Shown here: positions 18,700 to 28,662 of the stretch, in pieces
Layout of the letters: each line of letters starts with the position of its first letter
How positions within the stretch are numbered: position 1 is the stretch's first letter
Assembly: GCA_965198115.1 (NCBI GenBank)
Contig: OZ240241.1
Span: 320,001-384,000, forward strand
Direction of reading: 5' to 3'
DNA: 64,000 nt
Source of the DNA: Candidatus Latescibacterota bacterium
GTDB taxonomy: Bacteria > Latescibacterota > UBA2968
Position numbers and translations under genes: made by a program
Notes under the pieces: model-generated
Database searches by the model: none
The model's input: only the letters and a program-made list of their open reading frames with translations
What the model was told of the DNA's origin: nothing

Positions 18700-19320
18700 A
18701 TGCCCAAGCAGATACACGCACTCGTGCTTGCCGCAGGATTGTCTCGCCGAATGGGCCGATTCAAGCAGTTGCTTCCGTTCGGCGGGCAAACGGTCGTCGA
18801 ATCCGTCGTTCAAGCTGTTCTGGACGGGGGCGTCGACGACGTTGTGGTTGTTTTGGGCCACCGGGCGGACGAGGTGCGGCAGGTTCTCGATCCGCTGGGG
18901 GTGACTGCGGTCGTGAATGAGTCTTATCGAGAGGGGATGTTCAGCAGTCTCCTGTGCGGGTTGGGCCAGATCCCGGGGACCGATGCGATCCTCCTTGCGC
19001 TGGGGGACCAGCCACAGATTTCTTCGACGACCGTGGCGAGGGTGATCCAAGCGTTTCGGACCGGAAATGCCGGGATCGTCGTGCCCGTTTACGGAGGGAA
19101 GCGGGGGCATCCGATCGTTTTCGATCTGCCACGATACCGAGACGAGATCGTCGGATTGTCCGGCGAAGAGGGCCTGAAACCGGTCGTACGTGGACACCCG
19201 GAGGACACACTCGAGATCACGATCGATGATGAACGGATACTGAGGGACCTGGATACACCCGAGGACTATCAACGCGAGCTCGCCGATAAGCGGAAAAACG
19301 AATCAGAGGATGCTTCATGA
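18700..19320 (+). CDS. MocA/MobA-like nucleotidyltransferase
   Basis: LAAGLSRRMGRFKQLL, GMFSSL, LGDQP, GHPIVF and DLDTPEDY motifs. Confidence 0.9.
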   Translation: MPKQIHALVLAAGLSRRMGRFKQLLPFGGQTVVESVVQAVLDGGVDDVVVVLGHRADEVRQVLDPLGVTAVVNESYREGMFSSLLCGLGQIPGTDAILLALGDQPQISSTTVARVIQAFRTGNAGIVVPVYGGKRGHPIVFDLPRYRDEIVGLSGEEGLKPVVRGHPEDTLEITIDDERILRDLDTPEDYQRELADKRKNESEDAS

Positions 19321-20783
19321 ACGCGAAGCTGAACTACCGGAATCTGCAGGAGTTCATCCAGGCCATCGACGAAGCGGGCGAACTGAAGCGTATTTCGACA
19401 GAGGTCGACCCACATCTGGAGGTGACGGAGATCGCCGATCGCGTGATGAAACGACCTGGCGGTGGGGATGCGCTCCTGTTCGAGAACGTGAAGGGGAGCG
19501 CGATTCCGTTGGGGATCAACCTGTTCGGGTCGGCTCGCCGGATGGGGATGGCCCTGGGTGTCGAAGCGCTGGACGAGATCGGAGATCGTCTGTCGAGCAT
19601 GCTAAAGCTGGAGGTGCCCGATTCGTTAATGGGCAAGCTGGCAATGCTTCCGATGCTCAAAGAGCTGGCGAGCTTCCCGCCCCGTGCTGTGCGATCCGGG
19701 CCCTGCCAGGAAGTCGTGCTCCAAGGTGAGGATGTCGATCTCTCTACGCTACCGGTGGCTACGTGCTGGCCGGAGGACGGGGGACCTTACATCACACTAC
19801 CCCTCGTGATCACGAAGGATCCCGAAACGGGGATTCGAAACGTCGGGATGTATCGGATGCAGGTGATGGATCGGAACACGACCGCGATGCACTGGCAGCG
19901 TCACAAGGTGGGTGCACACCACTTCGAGCTGGCCAAGCGCAAGGGTGAACGGCTGGAAGTCGCCGTCGCCCTCGGGGGAGATCCGGCGACGGTCTACAGC
20001 GGGTCAGCCCCCCTGCCACCGGTCGTCGACGAGTTCATCTTCACCGGATTCCTCCGACGTCGGCCGATGGAACTCGTGAAGGCGGTGACGGTCGATCTCG
20101 AAGTGCCGGCCGAAGCGGAGATCGTGCTCGAGGGATATGTGGACCCGTCTGAAGATCTGATACGGGAGGGACCGTTTGGCGATCACACGGGATTCTACTC
20201 GCTCGCGGACGACTATCCTGCGTTTCACGTGACGGCTATGACGATGCGGCGGAATCCCGTCTACCCTACGACGATCGTGGGCAAGCCCCCGATGGAGGAC
20301 TATTATCTGGGCCACGCGACGGAACGGATTTTCCTGCCGCTGACTCGCCTGATACTGCCCGAAATTGTCGACTACCATATGCCGGCCGAAGGCATCTTCC
20401 ACAACCTTGTGTTCGTGTCGATCGACAAGGCCTACCCGGGTCACGCCTACAAGGTGATGAACGGGCTCTGGGGTGCGGGGCAGATGATGCTGGCCAAGGT
20501 CATCGTCATCGTCGACAAGGACGTGAACGTGCAAGACCCGCAAGAAGCCTGGTGGGTTGCCCTGAACAATATCGATCCCGAACGCGACATCCGATTCACG
20601 CCGGGCCCGGTCGACGTACTCGACCACGCCAGCAGCGCCTTCACGTTCGGAACGAAAATGGGCATCGACGCCACGAAGAAATGGCCCGAAGAGGGCTTCG
20701 ACCGCGAGTGGCCGGAGAAGATCGTGATGAGTGATGACGTCAAAGCGAAAGTCGATAGACTCTGGAGTTCTTTGGGACTTTAG
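19317..20783 (+). CDS. ubiD: UbiD-family decarboxylase (menaquinone-pathway type)
   Basis: ALLFENVKG, NVGMYRMQ, EGPFGDHTGFYS, GKPPMED and KMGIDATKKW motifs. Confidence 0.9.
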   Translation: MNAKLNYRNLQEFIQAIDEAGELKRISTEVDPHLEVTEIADRVMKRPGGGDALLFENVKGSAIPLGINLFGSARRMGMALGVEALDEIGDRLSSMLKLEVPDSLMGKLAMLPMLKELASFPPRAVRSGPCQEVVLQGEDVDLSTLPVATCWPEDGGPYITLPLVITKDPETGIRNVGMYRMQVMDRNTTAMHWQRHKVGAHHFELAKRKGERLEVAVALGGDPATVYSGSAPLPPVVDEFIFTGFLRRRPMELVKAVTVDLEVPAEAEIVLEGYVDPSEDLIREGPFGDHTGFYSLADDYPAFHVTAMTMRRNPVYPTTIVGKPPMEDYYLGHATERIFLPLTRLILPEIVDYHMPAEGIFHNLVFVSIDKAYPGHAYKVMNGLWGAGQMMLAKVIVIVDKDVNVQDPQEAWWVALNNIDPERDIRFTPGPVDVLDHASSAFTFGTKMGIDATKKWPEEGFDREWPEKIVMSDDVKAKVDRLWSSLGL

Positions 20784-20826
20784 CGGTGGGCTGTCGGCGG
20801 TAGATGATATACAAGGATGCGCATTC

Positions 20827-21828
20827 GTGTACGAATCTCTAGGTCAGGTGACACTGAAGAACGGGGAGGTCGTGGAGGCGGGGGTCGTAATCGGGCCCGA
20901 CCTCGAATGGGCTGATCGGGTGGAGCAGCTGCTCGGGCACAAGGGCCCGCTGTGGCGATGGGGGAATGAGGTGGTGTTGCGAGAGGCCGTGCCTGTCGAA
21001 TCCTACTTCTACCTGCTCCACCGGGACGGTGAGCCGTTCGCGAATATGTTGAACATCGAGGTCGATGGCGTCGGGATGTACGCCCACGTCTTCACGAAGC
21101 CGGAGGAGCGGCGGAAGGGGGCAGCGAGCCGCCTGCTGGATCTATTGCTCGATCATTACCGGACGCGTGGAGGACGGGCGTTGGTACTCGGAACAGGCTA
21201 CGACTCTCCGCCCTACCACATCTATGCACGTGGCGGCTTCGAAGGGATCGAGGCGGAAAGCGGGAATATGGCCTACTACCCGGATGGTGAGAAAGCGTTT
21301 TACGAGACCTACTTCGCCGGTCAGGCGATGAGCGTTTCACGGCTGGGCTGGCAACACTGGCCCCCTTCCATCCCTCTGTTCATTGGCGACTATCCGGGCG
21401 TGGTTCGTTCAGCCGTGATGGGGATTCTGAGACGCCGGTCGACGGAGGGCCCGATCGTGGACCGGATGAAGAGCGAGCTGGCGAGGCGGGAGCGAGGGGC
21501 GGGGACCCAGACGGCGGTCTTAACGGGTAACGACACAGGGGCGGTCTTCGGGCTATCGACATTCGACGAACATCCGATCTGGCCACGGACCCTGCTCGTG
21601 GATGTCTACTGCCATCCTGATGCGTGGGATCGCGGCGCCGGAATCCTGGACGCGCTGGAGCTGGACCGGGCGGATCGAACGATTGTCTACTGCGATGAGG
21701 GACTGGCGGAGAAGGAGGCCATTCTGGAAGCGGCCGGCTTCCGGCCGTCGGTGACGTTCAACCAGCGCGTGGCCGTCGATGCCGCTTGTACCGGCTTCGT
21801 GAATGTGCGGGAGTGGGAGCGGGTGTGA
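20827..21828 (+). CDS. GNAT-family acetyltransferase
   Basis: HVFTKPEERRKGAASRLL and YHIYARGGF motifs. Confidence 0.75.
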   Translation: MYESLGQVTLKNGEVVEAGVVIGPDLEWADRVEQLLGHKGPLWRWGNEVVLREAVPVESYFYLLHRDGEPFANMLNIEVDGVGMYAHVFTKPEERRKGAASRLLDLLLDHYRTRGGRALVLGTGYDSPPYHIYARGGFEGIEAESGNMAYYPDGEKAFYETYFAGQAMSVSRLGWQHWPPSIPLFIGDYPGVVRSAVMGILRRRSTEGPIVDRMKSELARRERGAGTQTAVLTGNDTGAVFGLSTFDEHPIWPRTLLVDVYCHPDAWDRGAGILDALELDRADRTIVYCDEGLAEKEAILEAAGFRPSVTFNQRVAVDAACTGFVNVREWERV

Positions 21829-21874
21829 TAGGCGCGCTCAGTTGTTCGAAACAGACGTGCGAAAGTAGGAGCCG

Positions 21875-21905
21875 AGGGGCAGACCGAATTGGTCTCGCCC
21901 CTTTT
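21875..21905 (+). terminator. Intrinsic terminator
   Basis: Stem AGGGGCAGACC/GGTCTCGCCCCT followed by a T run. Confidence 0.55.
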
Positions 21906-21913
21906 CTGTGGGG

Positions 21914-22423
21914 CTAGCGTCGACCGAGAAGGAGTCCGATTCCGAAGGCTACGCCACCCGCAATGAGAGTCCCTGCTGACGGCTGAGGGCCCCGCTTTGA
22001 CGAATGGCGGCTGGGGGTAACGACAGGATCCTCGGGATCTGTGGCTAGAAATACATCGGCCCCGGAGGGCGCCTTCACTCGACGTTCCAGCGTCTCGATG
22101 TCGAGCAAATCCCTTTCGATCAACTCGTCGAGCAGGGCGTCGACGGACCCTGAATAGTGGCGCTCGAGGAGCTTGGGCAGCGCATCGCCGTCGACCTCCT
22201 CCCGACTCAAGCCGGCCCGATAGCGCTTCCGATAGGTGGAACCGTCGTCGACGATCAGCCCCCGTTCGGCCATAATCTGGAGCAGTGATCGCACCGTGCT
22301 GGCGGTGGGTGCGTCTGGCAGGGCGCTGCAGATGTCGCCGCTCGTAGCCTCTCCCCGCGACCACAAGACGTCCAGGATCTCCCTCTGCCGTTTGGTGATC
22401 TCGTCTGACATTCCCATTTCCAT
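21914..22423 (-). CDS. BlaI/MecI/CopY-family regulator with a C-terminal ElaB/YqjD-like tail anchor
   Basis: ITKRQREILDVLWSRGEATSGDI...STVRSLLQIMAERGLI winged helix; ends GTLIAGGVAFGIGLLLGRR. Confidence 0.8.
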   Translation of the reverse strand: MEMGMSDEITKRQREILDVLWSRGEATSGDICSALPDAPTASTVRSLLQIMAERGLIVDDGSTYRKRYRAGLSREEVDGDALPKLLERHYSGSVDALLDELIERDLLDIETLERRVKAPSGADVFLATDPEDPVVTPSRHSSKRGPQPSAGTLIAGGVAFGIGLLLGRR

Positions 22424-22477
22424 CTGTGTAAATGCTTGTAAATGAGGATTATCGAATCTTAGGACTTTTCGTCGGGT

Positions 22478-22642
22478 ATGTCCAATGGATTCGCGTTGTG
22501 TTGGAATCCAGCCAGAACGCTCTGATGTCCAATGGATTCGCGGTTATTTCCATGGAGGAATGAAACGTCCAATGAGTTCGCGTTTGTTAAAAGTGGCCTG
22601 AGGCCACTGTTAAGACGGTTGAAAACGTCCAATCCGTACGCG
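22478..22642. repeat. Four spaced copies of an 18-bp motif AYGTCCAAT-NNNTW-CGCG
   Basis: Copies start at 22478, 22525, 22565 and 22625 (periods 47, 40 and 60); the first two are identical. Confidence 0.85.
22587..22608 (-). terminator. Intrinsic terminator for the 22662..24047 gene
   Basis: On the minus strand AGTGGCC-TCA-GGCCACT-TTTAA. Confidence 0.55.
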
Positions 22643-22661
22643 GTCAGGTTTTAGGCCCATT

Positions 22662-24047
22662 TCAGGGGGAAAGGACATCCGTGCGGAGGTTGGCGAGAAG
22701 CTCGAAGGAGGCCCCCGCGTCGATGCTCCGGTAGAGGCTGAAGCCCTCAGCGATCGCGAAGACGGTATCGGGAGCGCTCGGGGAAAAAACGATGTCGGTG
22801 ACGGTGTTGTCCGCGGTGTGGACGAGGGCCACCGTTTGAACGCCATCGAACGATCGGTAGAGGTTGGCCGTGCTGCCGTAAACGACGATCTGCGGGTCGG
22901 CGGGAGAGACGGCCACGGGACCGTTGGTCTGGTTGATTTCGGTCGTGAACCAGGAGACCCCGGCATCCTGAGAGATGAGCATTCGGAACGAGTTCCGCTC
23001 GTGGGCGTAGATCACCCGTCCATCGTGGCTGACGTCGAACGACCCGATGGACTTTTCCGTGTGCTCGGGAGCGAAGGAAGTCCAGCTGGCGCCGTCAAGC
23101 GATCCGCGGTAGAAGCCCACGTTTCTTTCCGGGTCGTTGAAGACCGACCCGAATGTCAGAAAGCCATCTTCGATCCGACGCATCCAGATGTATCCGTTCA
23201 GACGATCGTTTTCTCCCAGGTCGGCGCGCGTCCAGCAGGCGCCGCCGTTGTCCGATCGAAAAATCCCGCCATCGAAGAATTGCCCGGCCAACTGGGTGAA
23301 CGAGGGCTCTCCACCCTCAATCCCTATGACGACGATGTTGGGATTCTCGGGATGGACCTGCACCGAAGTGACCCGTGAGTTCTCGAGCCCACAATTTCGC
23401 CGTTGCCACGTGTCGCCGCCGTCCGCACTCCGGTAGACGCCCCCGATAGCGCTCGGGAAATCCCCCACGACCGGCCCGGGGGAGTCGAGCGTGGCGGCGT
23501 AGACGACAGATGGATCGCTCGGGGCGTAGGCGATGTCCCAGATTTCGGCGTAGCCGCCGTTGAAGTGTCGGAGGCCGTGGCGATGACGGGTCCACGTCTG
23601 ACCACCGTCCGTGGTTCTGACGAATCCGTTTCGTTCGGTCCCGATGAGCAGAGTGAAAGCGTCCGACGGGTGGACGGTCAGGGCGCGGAAGGCGTTGTCG
23701 TGATCGGGGCCTGCGGGTCCATCCGGTCCGTCGATGATCTCGCCCCCGTTGCCCAGATCGTTGCCGCAGTCGACGGTCTGACCGAATTCGAGCACGAACA
23801 GGACAAAGTCGCCGAAACCGACTGACCCGTCGGCTTCGAGGTCAAACCGGTCGTCAAAATCGGGCGATACGGATGTGGTTCCGAAGGCGCCAGCGAAGAG
23901 GACGAAGTCGTCCAATCCAACGATGCCGTCGGAGGTGAAGTCGGCCTGGAAGGGCGAGGCGCACAGCGTGGCGGAGAGGAGCAGCAGGAGGCTGACGCAG
24001 AGCAGGAGGCGTGTTGGAGCGTCAGTCAGCAGCGTTTTCCTGGACAT
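22662..24047 (-). CDS. Secreted protein with a dockerin/EF-hand-like domain and a BNR/Asp-box beta-propeller
   Basis: Signal peptide; ADFTSDGIVGLDDFVLF...FDLEADGSVGFGDFVLF; several Asp-boxes (TTDGGQTW, SADGGDTW, SDNGGACW, SQDAGVSW). Confidence 0.8.
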   Translation of the reverse strand: MSRKTLLTDAPTRLLLCVSLLLLLSATLCASPFQADFTSDGIVGLDDFVLFAGAFGTTSVSPDFDDRFDLEADGSVGFGDFVLFVLEFGQTVDCGNDLGNGGEIIDGPDGPAGPDHDNAFRALTVHPSDAFTLLIGTERNGFVRTTDGGQTWTRHRHGLRHFNGGYAEIWDIAYAPSDPSVVYAATLDSPGPVVGDFPSAIGGVYRSADGGDTWQRRNCGLENSRVTSVQVHPENPNIVVIGIEGGEPSFTQLAGQFFDGGIFRSDNGGACWTRADLGENDRLNGYIWMRRIEDGFLTFGSVFNDPERNVGFYRGSLDGASWTSFAPEHTEKSIGSFDVSHDGRVIYAHERNSFRMLISQDAGVSWFTTEINQTNGPVAVSPADPQIVVYGSTANLYRSFDGVQTVALVHTADNTVTDIVFSPSAPDTVFAIAEGFSLYRSIDAGASFELLANLRTDVLSP

Positions 24048-25791
24048 TGCGAAAGATGCCCCACTCCCGGGTGAGGTCCTGGCTCTGCACCATTCGTGAA
24101 TAGAGCCCGTTCGTCGCCATCAGGGAGACGTGCGATCCGGATTCGACGATTCGACCGTCGTCGAGGACGATGATCTTGTCCGCGCTGCGAACCGTGGACA
24201 GTCGGTGAGCGATGACGACGGACGTGCGGTTCCGGGCCAGGCGTGTGATGGCCTGCTGGATGAGGGCTTCGGTTTCGGCATCGACGGAGGAGGTGGCTTC
24301 GTCGAGAATGAGGATCGGAGCGTTCTTCAGCACTGCTCGAGCGATCGACAGTCGCTGTTTCTGACCGCCAGACAGACGTACGCCGCGTTCGCCGATCACG
24401 GCGTCGTAGCCATCGGGAAAGTCGAGGATGAATCTCTCCGCGTTGGCGGTCTGAGCCGCCTGGATGACGTCCTGATCGGGGGCGTCGGGCCGGCCGAACA
24501 GGATGTTCTCCCTGACGGTGCCGTGGAACAGAAAAACATCCTGCAGGACGGGCGCCACGTTGCCACGAAGGAATTCCAGCTTGAGAGACCGGACGTCGTG
24601 TCCGCCGACCCGAACGACGCCGGACTGGACATCCCAGAAGCGTGGGATGAGGTTGGAAATCGTCGTTTTTCCGGCTCCCGTGGGGCCCACGAGGGCAACG
24701 ACTTCACCGGGCGCGACGTCGAACGTGACGTCTTTGATGACGGGTGTTTCGGGCTCGTAGCCGAAGGTGACGTGGTCGAAGGCAATGTTGTAATCGGTGC
24801 GAGACGGAGCGATGGCGTTGGGGGCGTCGACGATGTCGGGTTCTTCGGCCAGGAGCTGAAACACCCGATCGATGCTGGCCGCGGCTTTTTGAAGGACGTC
24901 GTTGATCGAAGCGAGGGCCAGGAACGGTTGGTAGATGTGGGCCATATAAACGATGAAGACGAACAGGTCGGCTACGCTGATGCGGCCCTGGAGGGCCATA
25001 TCGCCGCCCGTCCAGATAACGAGGACGATGCCGACGCCACCCGCCGCTTCGATGATGCCGGAAGGCAGGAGGGAAATCGTGTTGGCCCGAATCATCTCGT
25101 CCCGGAACCGGTTGCTTCGCGACTGGATGAGATCGGCGCGTCGTTTCTCCTGTGTGAAGGCTTTGATGACGGCGATTCCCGACAGGTTGTCCTGAACGAG
25201 GGCGCCCAATTCCGAGAGACGTTCTCGAATACCGTGCCACATCAGGCGAACGCGGGAGACGTAGCGGTAGACGAGCCACCCGGCGAGCGGAACGGGCACG
25301 AGCACGATGAACGCCAGCTCGGGATTCAGCACAAAGAGGACGGTCATCATCGATATGGGGATGATGGCCGCCAGTACCGTCTCTGGAATGCCGTGGGCGA
25401 TGAAATCTTCGATGGCTTCGACGTCGTTGATCGATCGAGTGATCAGGCTCCCTGTGCGCTGATCGTTGAAGAAGCGGTGCGGCAGACGCTGGAGATGCCG
25501 ATAGATCCGGTTCGTCAGGTCGTGCATGACCCGATAGGCCGTTACGTGAGAAAAAAATCCATAACCGTAACGCGTGGCGCCCCGAATCAGGTAGACACCG
25601 AAGAGCAACACGGTCACGCTGAGGAGGTCGGATGTTTCTGCGCCACCCTCGGTGATCCACCGGATCAAGCGTCGTATCAGAAGGGGCGGGATGAGGTTGG
25701 CGCCGGCGAAGAGGAGGCCGCACACGATCGACCACGTCATGAAAAGTCTGCGTCCCCGGAGGACTTCATACACGTTCTTCAAAAATTTCAA
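24022..25791 (-). CDS. ABC exporter with fused permease and ATPase (MsbA-like)
   Basis: Multi-helix TM domain; GPTGAGKT, LSGGQKQR, ILDEATSSVD and IAHRLST motifs. Confidence 0.92.
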   Translation of the reverse strand: MKFLKNVYEVLRGRRLFMTWSIVCGLLFAGANLIPPLLIRRLIRWITEGGAETSDLLSVTVLLFGVYLIRGATRYGYGFFSHVTAYRVMHDLTNRIYRHLQRLPHRFFNDQRTGSLITRSINDVEAIEDFIAHGIPETVLAAIIPISMMTVLFVLNPELAFIVLVPVPLAGWLVYRYVSRVRLMWHGIRERLSELGALVQDNLSGIAVIKAFTQEKRRADLIQSRSNRFRDEMIRANTISLLPSGIIEAAGGVGIVLVIWTGGDMALQGRISVADLFVFIVYMAHIYQPFLALASINDVLQKAAASIDRVFQLLAEEPDIVDAPNAIAPSRTDYNIAFDHVTFGYEPETPVIKDVTFDVAPGEVVALVGPTGAGKTTISNLIPRFWDVQSGVVRVGGHDVRSLKLEFLRGNVAPVLQDVFLFHGTVRENILFGRPDAPDQDVIQAAQTANAERFILDFPDGYDAVIGERGVRLSGGQKQRLSIARAVLKNAPILILDEATSSVDAETEALIQQAITRLARNRTSVVIAHRLSTVRSADKIIVLDDGRIVESGSHVSLMATNGLYSRMVQSQDLTREWGIFRNVQENAAD

Positions 25792-26037
25792 CGATTCGGC
25801 CTTTCATTCGAGTGGATGACCAAGCTTAGCGACATCGCCCCGATTCTGTCAAATTCTTTGGTCCTGCCGTCTGTCGTCTTTGGTGTTGTTCCGGTCTGTC
25901 TTCGCATCTATATTAGGGTCACCTGCGGGGTGCTGAAAAATGAACATAACACATTGTTTTTAGGAAGTTTATGTCGTGACAGACGATAAAGCGGACAATT
26001 CTTCGACTGGGTCGCGTATCCTTTTAAAAACATAGGG

Positions 26038-27489
26038 TTGTATCTTGGAAGCGTCTTCCTGATCACCTTTTACGGTGTCCAGGTCTGTCCTTTTCTGGAA
26101 CAGCTCAACGTTCCGGAACTGGTCGGCGAGATCGCGGTCGCCTTCGCTCTGGTTTTCTGGGTCAAGTCGTGGGTCTTCGGCCGCGCCTGTCATTTGGACG
26201 ACGATCGGACATCCACCCTGGAGAAGCCCTGGGTCGCCCTGAGGTCGGAATTGCTGGCGTGGCTCGCCGTGGGGATCGCGCTCGGTCTGTGGAACGAATT
26301 CCGCTACGACTTCCCGATCGAAAGCGGTCTGAAGCTGGTGATGGGCGCGATTACCGTGGGCATCTTCAGCTCGACCTACCTGGCACTCGACGTCGAGCAC
26401 GCACTCATCCTCTCCTGTGCCCAGCGCTCCGACATCGACCGGATTCGTCAGGGTCGTTTCTTCTCGATCACCACGAAGTTCATGATTTTCGTCTGCGCCT
26501 CTTTCGTCGTATTCGCCGTCGTCATCATGCTCCTGATCTACAAAGATTTTCTGACGATGATCGAGTCTTACGAAACGATGATGGCATTCCAGTTCAGATG
26601 GGTGGTTCAAGAAATGCTCTATGTGTTCGCCGTGCTGCTCGGCGGGAGCTTCTTGGCCGCAAGACACTACTGCCGAAACCTGGAGCTGATGTTCGACCTG
26701 GAGTTGAAGGCTCTCTCCGCGGTAGAGTCAGGAAACTATGACTCTTTCGTGCCCGTGGTGAGTCGCGACGAGTTTAGCCAGATCGCGCGTCATACGAACG
26801 AGATGATCGAAGGGCTGCGGGATCGGGAACGCATCAAGCGGTCGTTCGGAAAGTATCTGAGCCCGACGGTCGCAGAGTCGATTCTGAGCAGCGAGGAGGA
26901 GACGAATCTGGGTGGACGCGAGGTGGAGGTGGCGGTCCTGTTCACGGATCTTCGGGACTTCACGCCCTATTCGGAATCGTGTCCACCGCAGGAGCTGATC
27001 GAGATCCTGAACGATTACTTCACGATGGTGGTCGACCAGGTTCACGGGCACGATGGCATTCTGGACAAGTTCATTGGAGACGCGGCGATGGCGGTGTTCG
27101 GGCTCGCATCGGGAGAACGCAACGCTTGCGACGATGCGCTCGAAACAAGTCTGGAAATCCGGAACGGGTTGGAGGATCTGAACGAGAAGCTGGTCGGCCG
27201 GGGTTTGACACCGCTTAGGAATGGCGTGGGCATCCATTTCGGAAACGTCGTAGCCGGGAACATCGGCTCCGAAGAGCGGTTGGAGTACACCGTGATCGGC
27301 GATACGGTCAACACGGCGTCGCGGTTGGAAGGTGCGACGAAGGACCTGCCCACGCCGATCGCGATGTCGATCGAAGCCTACGAGCATCTGAGCCATCGGA
27401 ACAGGGATCGACTGACGCAAATCGGCGAAGTCGCCCTGAAGGGGAAGTCACAGCCACTCACGGTCTATGGACTGCCGGCGGCCGCCTAG
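26038..27489 (+). CDS. Membrane-bound class III adenylate/guanylate cyclase with a HAMP domain
   Basis: VLFTDLRDFT, DKFIGDAAMAVFG and YTVIGDTVNTASRLE motifs. The true start may be GTG 25976 with a one-base loss in an A run near 26028. Confidence 0.9.
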   Translation: MYLGSVFLITFYGVQVCPFLEQLNVPELVGEIAVAFALVFWVKSWVFGRACHLDDDRTSTLEKPWVALRSELLAWLAVGIALGLWNEFRYDFPIESGLKLVMGAITVGIFSSTYLALDVEHALILSCAQRSDIDRIRQGRFFSITTKFMIFVCASFVVFAVVIMLLIYKDFLTMIESYETMMAFQFRWVVQEMLYVFAVLLGGSFLAARHYCRNLELMFDLELKALSAVESGNYDSFVPVVSRDEFSQIARHTNEMIEGLRDRERIKRSFGKYLSPTVAESILSSEEETNLGGREVEVAVLFTDLRDFTPYSESCPPQELIEILNDYFTMVVDQVHGHDGILDKFIGDAAMAVFGLASGERNACDDALETSLEIRNGLEDLNEKLVGRGLTPLRNGVGIHFGNVVAGNIGSEERLEYTVIGDTVNTASRLEGATKDLPTPIAMSIEAYEHLSHRNRDRLTQIGEVALKGKSQPLTVYGLPAAA

Positions 27490-27634
27490 TAAGAAAGTGT
27501 TCAGTGTTCGGTGTTCGGGAAACCCGCGCACCATAGCAGTTGCGATCGACTCGGAGTCCGGTCGTGAAGTGAACGTAGGTGCGGTGTAGAACTAACGCGA
27601 AACAGGACAGATCGCTGGGCTAGGTGAACGATCG

Positions 27635-28654
27635 ATGACGACCGCGACGGACCACATCGAAACGGAAGCGCAGCTGATCGACCAGATGACGACACCGTCC
27701 CCGGAGGTCAAGGCGGCCGTTCGAGCGCTCGACGGGGACATCGCGATTCTGGGGATTTCCGGGAAGATGGGACCGACGCTCGGAGAGCTCCTGGTGAGAG
27801 CGGGGGCGTCGCGCATCATCGGAGTGTCACGGTTTTCGGACCCCGATGCGCAGGCCGATCTCGAAGCGCGAGGGATCGAAACGCGCAAGGCCGACCTTCT
27901 CGACGACGAGACGCTGAATGCGCTGCCGGATGTCCCCTACGTCTACCTGATGGCCGGGCACAAGTTCGGATCGACCGGGAACGAGTCGCTGACCTGGGCG
28001 ATGAACGCACTCCTGCCGGCGAAGGTGATGAAGCGCTACCCCGCCGCCAAGGTGGTCTACGTCTCATCGGGCAACGTCTATCGCTTCACGCCAGTCGATC
28101 GGGGGGCGATCGAGACCGACCCGGTCGATCCGATCGGAGAATACGCTCAGTCCAGATTGGGTGGGGAGCGTGTGGCCGAACACCTTTCGGCGTCGCAGGG
28201 AACGGACCTCGCCATCATCCGTCTGTTTTACGCGACTGAACTGCGATACGGGATTCTTCTGGACATCGGTCAACGCGTTCTGGCCGATGAGACGATCGAT
28301 CTGTCGATGGGATACGTGAACCAGATCTGGCAGGGCGACGCCAACGCCTACCTGGCCCGCTCGTTCCCGCTGTGTGGAACACCGGCACGAATCTGGAATA
28401 TGACGGGGGCTGAAATCCTGTCGGTGAGGGATATGGCCGAGCAGTTCGGGGCGCGCTTGGGGCGTAAACCCAAGTTTGCGGGCGAGGAGGAGCCCACGGC
28501 CCTGCTGGGAGACGCCTCCGCGATGTTGGACCGACTGGGACCTCCCAAGGTCGGTTTGGACGAGATGGTGACGTGGGTGGCGGGCTGGCTGGAACGGGAC
28601 GGCCGGACGCTGGGGAAACCGACCAAATACGAGTCCCGATCCGGGAGATTTTAG
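27635..28654 (+). CDS. NAD-dependent epimerase/dehydratase
   Basis: ILGISGKMG, YVSSGNVY and GEYAQSRLGGE motifs. Confidence 0.85.
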   Translation: MTTATDHIETEAQLIDQMTTPSPEVKAAVRALDGDIAILGISGKMGPTLGELLVRAGASRIIGVSRFSDPDAQADLEARGIETRKADLLDDETLNALPDVPYVYLMAGHKFGSTGNESLTWAMNALLPAKVMKRYPAAKVVYVSSGNVYRFTPVDRGAIETDPVDPIGEYAQSRLGGERVAEHLSASQGTDLAIIRLFYATELRYGILLDIGQRVLADETIDLSMGYVNQIWQGDANAYLARSFPLCGTPARIWNMTGAEILSVRDMAEQFGARLGRKPKFAGEEEPTALLGDASAMLDRLGPPKVGLDEMVTWVAGWLERDGRTLGKPTKYESRSGRF

Positions 28655-28662
28655 GCTGTCCG

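Noticed and set aside
22478-22642. CRISPR array
   Set aside because: The repeats are only 18 bp with a degenerate core, the spacers vary from 22 to 42 bp, and no cas genes are in the window. Kept as an unexplained repeat array.
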